Assembly (NCBI GenBank): GCA_963761305.1
Contig: CAVXGK010000002.1
Location: forward strand, 3,296,001-3,360,000
Direction of reading: 5' to 3'
DNA: 64,000 nucleotides
Source of the DNA: an uncultured Gemmatimonadaceae bacterium
Lineage (GTDB): Bacteria; Gemmatimonadota; Gemmatimonadetes; Gemmatimonadales; Gemmatimonadaceae
The notes beneath the pieces were generated by a model. It saw nothing but the letters and a program-made list of their open reading frames with translations, was not told the DNA's origin and did not search any database. Of the stretch, positions 59,457 through 64,000 are shown one piece after another. Both the position numbers and the translations under genes were made by a program. Numbering within the stretch: position 1 is the first letter of the stretch; each line of letters begins with the position of its first letter.

Positions 59457-59911
59457 TTACGGTGAAGGCAGCGCGCCGGGGAGCTGGATCCAGCGGCCAG
59501 TGCCAAGATTGCCAACCTGACTAACCGGCTGTTGCTGAAGTCTCGCTAGAAGCGCGCCCAAGGCCGCGTGCGCGGCTGGCTTCAAGGGGAACTTCGGGAC
59601 GGCTCCGGTGATGCTGGCCACCTGATTGGAGGTTAGCGTCGGGTACCTTGCTCGCAGATGCCGAAGAAGTGCAAGCCCGCCGCAAGCATCTCGGGCGTCG
59701 CCGTTCGCCGACTAAGCACCACGAGATCCGGTTGTTGCGCGTGACCAGAGCGCATCGCCAGGCCGCCGGCCGCCGACGATGGAAATGCATCGACGATTGC
59801 GACCACTACGGGGCCGGACGCAGCGGTACTCTGGGAACTCAAGCGATGCGTGTTGCCGATTGTCATCAAGCTCAATGCAGCGATCAGGGCTGCGGCTCTC
59901 GCGTGCAGCAT
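59457..59911 (-). CDS. Secreted hypothetical protein, apparently frameshifted near 59675
   Basis: Signal peptide in ORF 59633..59911; an alternate frame continues open to TAA at 59457. Confidence 0.5.
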
Positions 59912-59944
59912 GAGTCGATACCTCCGGGTGAAATGGTAGAAGTG

Positions 59945-60687
59945 TTATTCTGCGAATTCTTGACACGAATAGTCATCCGAGCCGACGAAGTTGCCCTCGT
60001 CGTCGTAGTAGTCGATCCACGTGCACTCCACCCAATCACCACCATCCTCGTAGCCGTCGGATCCTCCCTGCTGTGTGCATGCGTTCTGTGAAAAATTGTT
60101 CGAGCTGGACGTGGTCTGATCGCCCCACGACGTACTGCCCCAGCTGTGCCACACGTGCCCGCTGCCCGAACCGTTGGCCGTGTACCGCAATCTCCGCTAA
60201 CGCCGAGAGTGGCACTCGCCGAAAGGGAGTTCGACCACGGGAAAAAATCACTCTCCGAGGCCGAATTGCTCTGAGACCCGACTGCGGAGTTATTGAACAC
60301 CAAGCTGAGGTTCGCCGTTGTTGACCCGTTGTTGGCGAAATAGCTCATGCTGGTCGTCGAATACGCCCCCGGCCCAGTTGCGATACCGACATCCAGATAG
60401 AACGAACTGATCGATGGTGCTTCGTCGAATTCCGATGGCGGAGTATCATTCGCCTGCGCGCCGCTCGAGGGCAGTTGTGGCCTGTTCAGACCTGCACTTG
60501 CGCCAGTCCCCCCGTGCTGGGCGGCGACAACAGTCGCCGATCGCGTTGGGTTACGGTCGAACACGCCCAGTGGCACGGTTACCCGAAGGTCGGTCGGTGC
60601 CGTTGTCGGCGGAGCGGTGGCTTCACCGCAGCCAATCAAGAGCAGAACTGACGCACCACACACGAAACCGCGAGAAATCGAACGCAT
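59945..60687 (-). CDS. Ser/Gly-rich lipoprotein with acidic Cys-containing C-terminus, frameshifted near 60183
   Basis: GGAGG RBS and LIGC lipobox; composition continues in ORF 59945..60190. Confidence 0.6.
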
Positions 60688-60729
60688 TGCGCCTCCTAGA
60701 GTTGAAGGGTTGTGGCCACTGGGGCACCG

Positions 60730-62055
60730 CTAGTCAGTCGGGGCCCTAGTGCAATCGAGGTGATAGCGAACTATCAAACTCTGAACGACCGGCCCTGTGC
60801 CTGTGCGATCGACGATGGGGCCGGCCAGCAGAAAATCGGTGACGGAGATGCGAGCAGCGATGACTGGTCCTTCAAACGGGTTCGCGGTCGCGCCAATCAT
60901 CTCAACCCCGGAAGAGTCGCGTTGATACATGCGTAGCTGGAACGTCGGAGGCGATAGAGAGACATGGGCCGCTATCCAAATCGGACCCAAATCCGACAAG
61001 ACGACCTGACTCAACTCACTGACGCTGGAGTCGATGACGATACTCTGAACCTCCGCAGCGGAATCGCGCCCGACGAATGCGCGCGCCTCCCAACGTGTAC
61101 TCCCCTGGGTAGAGACGGGCGAAATCCAGCCAGCGACAAGTTGATCGCCCCACCGATCCAGGTGTGGCCGATGCACCGGCGACGTGGAGCCCTTAACGAG
61201 TCGGTGAAACACGTTCCAGCTCGGCGGGCGATCATACAAAAAGAGACTGTTGTTGTCGCTGCCTACCGCCGTCGCCGCGCGGACCACCGCTAGCCGGAGA
61301 GTCCCGTTGAGTCCCGGTGCGACGCTGGTATAGGCAACAGACGCCGCGTGGACGGAATCGCGTTGCCAGGACCCGGTGCGGCCGCGGAAAACAATGACAT
61401 TGCTCGATGATGGATCTCGTAAGACTGGAACGGCGAACGACAGCTCATCTCCGATGCGCACCAACTCAGAGGTGGCACTCGACTGGATCCGGCCAGGGCC
61501 CGCAGGGGGCAGCGTCTCTAGAGCGTGCCAACCAAACTGGTCGACGACTCCATGCCACAGACGAACCACCGGCGGCGGATCGGGGTGCCGCGGTCCCGCG
61601 GCCAGTTCGGAGAAGACAACGTCCCACTCACGCCCGTTCGACAACGCGCGTACGTCCGCATAGGACGACACGCCGGGCGGCGGCGCAATCACAATCGCCG
61701 GCATGCCTGGTTTCAGAACGACCCCAAAGAGGCTGTCTGTCGAGGAAACCCACGCTCCGTTGCCACGCGACTTGGACCAGACATAAGTCGGCTCTCCCAC
61801 AACCAAGACGCGACCATCTGGCACCGGCGACACTGCTTGTGGCTCGACGTAAATGGCCTGTCCAGTCTCGGTCAGGGAAAGCGCTTGGCGAGATTGCTCC
61901 GCGACAGTACATGCCCGAACCCGTGAGTCCGTCGCTGAGGCCGCGGCGATCATCAATGGGAAAGCAAAGCATAGAAGGGCGAACCCCGCACGCCATCGCA
62001 CGTTTCCATCAGCTATTGGCATTGTGTTTTGGATTGAGTGATCAACAATCGGCAA
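60730..62055 (-). CDS. Secreted hypothetical protein (possible beta-propeller)
   Basis: 441-codon ORF with hydrophobic N-terminus and beta-rich composition. Start uncertain. Confidence 0.6.
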   Translation of the reverse strand: MPIVDHSIQNTMPIADGNVRWRAGFALLCFAFPLMIAAASATDSRVRACTVAEQSRQALSLTETGQAIYVEPQAVSPVPDGRVLVVGEPTYVWSKSRGNGAWVSSTDSLFGVVLKPGMPAIVIAPPPGVSSYADVRALSNGREWDVVFSELAAGPRHPDPPPVVRLWHGVVDQFGWHALETLPPAGPGRIQSSATSELVRIGDELSFAVPVLRDPSSSNVIVFRGRTGSWQRDSVHAASVAYTSVAPGLNGTLRLAVVRAATAVGSDNNSLFLYDRPPSWNVFHRLVKGSTSPVHRPHLDRWGDQLVAGWISPVSTQGSTRWEARAFVGRDSAAEVQSIVIDSSVSELSQVVLSDLGPIWIAAHVSLSPPTFQLRMYQRDSSGVEMIGATANPFEGPVIAARISVTDFLLAGPIVDRTGTGPVVQSLIVRYHLDCTRAPTD

Positions 62056-62098
62056 TCTGTGATTCTAAATGTGCACCGCCGAGTCGCCGAACCGGGTC

Positions 62099-62587
62099 TC
62101 ATCTAATCAGGCGATGCCGATGGGCCGGTGCCCGCCGCTGCTTGCAAGACCAAACCAGAACTGCGGACAGTGCTTCTGCGATGCCACCAACGCCGATCTT
62201 CTTGAACAGGTGCCGACGATGAGTGTGGGCAGTGTGAACGCTCAGGCCCATGCGCGCCGCAATGGCCTTCTCCCGTGGATCTGCGGCCGCCAAGTCGAGA
62301 TACTCGGCTTCTCTCGGAGAGAGCCGCAAAACGGTTACCAGCTCGACCCATTCGTCGCTGGTCAAACTGCCTTGCAACCTCTCTGGCCTCGCCCATGCGT
62401 GCCCGAGGAGGGCGACTTTCGTGGGCGTTGTCGCAGGTTGAATGCACAACCGACGCTGGAGATGCGGAAGACTCATCTGACTTATCGAAGAAGGGATGTC
62501 ACAAGGCATCTGGTAGCGCGCTGGAATCCATCTCTGGGGCCGGCAGCCGTTACTCGTCGAGCGCCGCGTGCAAGTTGATGGCGGCAA
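62099..62587 (-). CDS. LuxR-type HTH regulator
   Basis: LSPREAEYL...IAARMGLSVHTAHTHRRHLFKKIGV. Start uncertain. Confidence 0.75.
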   Translation of the reverse strand: MPPSTCTRRSTSNGCRPQRWIPARYQMPCDIPSSISQMSLPHLQRRLCIQPATTPTKVALLGHAWARPERLQGSLTSDEWVELVTVLRLSPREAEYLDLAAADPREKAIAARMGLSVHTAHTHRRHLFKKIGVGGIAEALSAVLVWSCKQRRAPAHRHRLIR

Positions 62588-62630
62588 GAGGAGAGGCCCT
62601 TACGTGACGTCTAGTGACCTTATGCCGTGG

Positions 62631-63248
62631 CTACCGAGCTAGTCTCTTGCGGCTCGAAATCGGCACCACCTCAGGTGAGACCCAAGCCAGCCGATAGCCG
62701 CGCCGCCGAACGGCGAGGAGTACGTTCGGAAGGCCGATGGCGCACAGCCGGCGTCGTAGTCCGCGCATGTAGGCTGAAAGGCGCCTCTCGCCGTCCGCCG
62801 CCGGCATATCGTCTCAGGGCCAAGCGTGGGCAATCAGTTCCGCGGGCGACACAGGTGTTCCGTCACCGGCAAGAAGGGCGCTCAAGAGGCGGACTTCCAC
62901 TTGCGACAGCTCCAGTCGGCGCTCTGCCGAAACGACGCCCCGCGCCCAATCGATCCAAGTCCGCGTGCCGTCCACCTTCGAAGCCGACGCGTCGTCTACT
63001 AGGAGGAGGCATCGGATCGCAAGCGATCCATCAGGGGTTGAGATGGTGCATCGAGTCACACCGCCGTCAACTGAGAAGAGCAGCGCGGTGACATCACGGC
63101 GGCGTTGTGCCACGATAGTCACGTGGCTATTCAGGCGCAGCTCGCCCTCGACAGCGGGTACGCGGCCGCGGCGTTCGACATCGCGAGAGCGCTGTCTCAA
63201 GGCAGCGCCGCGCGACATGTCTACTCGCTTCTTTCGAAAGCGCGCCAT
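62631..63248 (-). pseudogene. OmpR-type winged-helix protein with an in-frame TGA
   Basis: LSQVEVRLLSAL...ELIAHAWP*DDMP...AYMRGLRRRL...VRRRGYRL; TGA at 62814-62816 splits the domain. Confidence 0.7.
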
Positions 63249-63294
63249 GCGGCGAAACTATGCCTCGCCGGGCGCCGCCAGCCTTACTCTGCGT

Positions 63295-64000
63295 TCAGGC
63301 GAGCAGGCTTGAGTCTGCGTTCGCGGCGAGTCCAAGGCGCCGTTTCAGGGCGGCCACGACGCACTGCACGCCGCCGGACGTTCGCACATCACTGGCGCGT
63401 AAACCGCAATAACGCTTCATCGTATTCCGAAACGATACATCCGAGGCGAAGGAAAGTTCGCGAGCAATCGTCTCGATGGTACAACCCGTGGTCTCAAGAA
63501 AATGAGCGGCGAGTGCCAGGCGGGCCCACGTCAAGAACTCCTCGGGGCCGATCGACCACGCTTGCTTGCACCGATTAAAGATTGTGCCACGAGTCACTCC
63601 CGCGCTATCGGCCAACTGGGAAACTGTGGCGGCACGATCGGGCCGATAAAGTGAGATCTCAAGCATCGAGTGTAGCGACGCCGGGACGATCGGGCTCAAT
63701 GCCCGCGTCACGTTCTCGGCCGCGCAGTGGTGCCGAGCAGCCTCCAGCACCGCTCTCAGTGCGACACCAGAATCGTCGATCCCGGCGAAGAGAAATTGGT
63801 GAACTCCGGCACCCGCAAGCGCTCGGATGTCTGCAGAGTATTGCGAACCCGCGTTGCAGTAGGCCACGATCGCGACACGGGCTCGATGCGCAACGATCTC
63901 GCGCACCGTGTCGAGCGCATCGCTCCCGGTGGAGTCGCGCATTGCCAACACGATGCAGTCCACTGGCTGAAGCCGCGCTCTTAACAACGCTCTCAGTGCA
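63295..64000 (-). CDS. AraC-type HTH regulator with receiver-like N-terminus (5' end probably outside the window)
   Basis: TVSQLADSAGVTRGT...WARLALA...TIETIARELSFAS..SFRNTMKRYCG. Confidence 0.8.
   Translation of the reverse strand, partial: ALRALLRARLQPVDCIVLAMRDSTGSDALDTVREIVAHRARVAIVAYCNAGSQYSADIRALAGAGVHQFLFAGIDDSGVALRAVLEAARHHCAAENVTRALSPIVPASLHSMLEISLYRPDRAATVSQLADSAGVTRGTIFNRCKQAWSIGPEEFLTWARLALAAHFLETTGCTIETIARELSFASDVSFRNTMKRYCGLRASDVRTSGGVQCVVAALKRRLGLAANADSSLLA

Noticed and set aside
57131..62816. Stop-codon reassignment or selenocysteine/pyrrolysine to explain the in-frame TAG and TGA
   Set aside because: Many genes in the window end normally at TAG and TGA, no recoding machinery is seen, and indel errors co-occur.

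Overview
A GC-rich bacterial window. The gene repertoire (Hanks kinase-PD40/TPR proteins, a PadR-permease pair, a Gly/Arg-rich BNR protein) suggests Gemmatimonadota, which is an inference. Left part: metabolic and housekeeping accessory genes, including an itaconate/methylsuccinate-type catabolic set (6.3-12.4 kb), an ECF sigma factor with back-to-back promoters, a PadR-permease unit with a palindromic operator, and an HtrA protease. Middle part: five intact Ser/Thr kinases; a deleted relic of a sixth lies at 58.4-59.1 kb. The best candidate for an undescribed system is at 46961-54738. It has two tandem 48-aa genes (one absent from the ORF track, the other called only as the end of a longer ORF) with a near-identical 44-aa region ending ELEERIAP and different 4-aa tails (RVVF, TRIL). 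A strong terminator follows them, then three translationally coupled genes: GAF-MFP, lipoprotein MFP, and an RRE/PqqD-like-M50 peptidase-MFP fusion. A divergent SARP/BTAD-ATPase regulator faces three phased heptamer repeats. No ABC ATPase, TolC or tailoring enzyme is present in the locus. The right end (from about 59.1 kb) looks compositionally different and encodes secreted proteins and three DNA-binding regulators. Several genes carry single-base indels or in-frame stops that may be sequencing errors. All calls come from reading motifs by eye; no searches were run.
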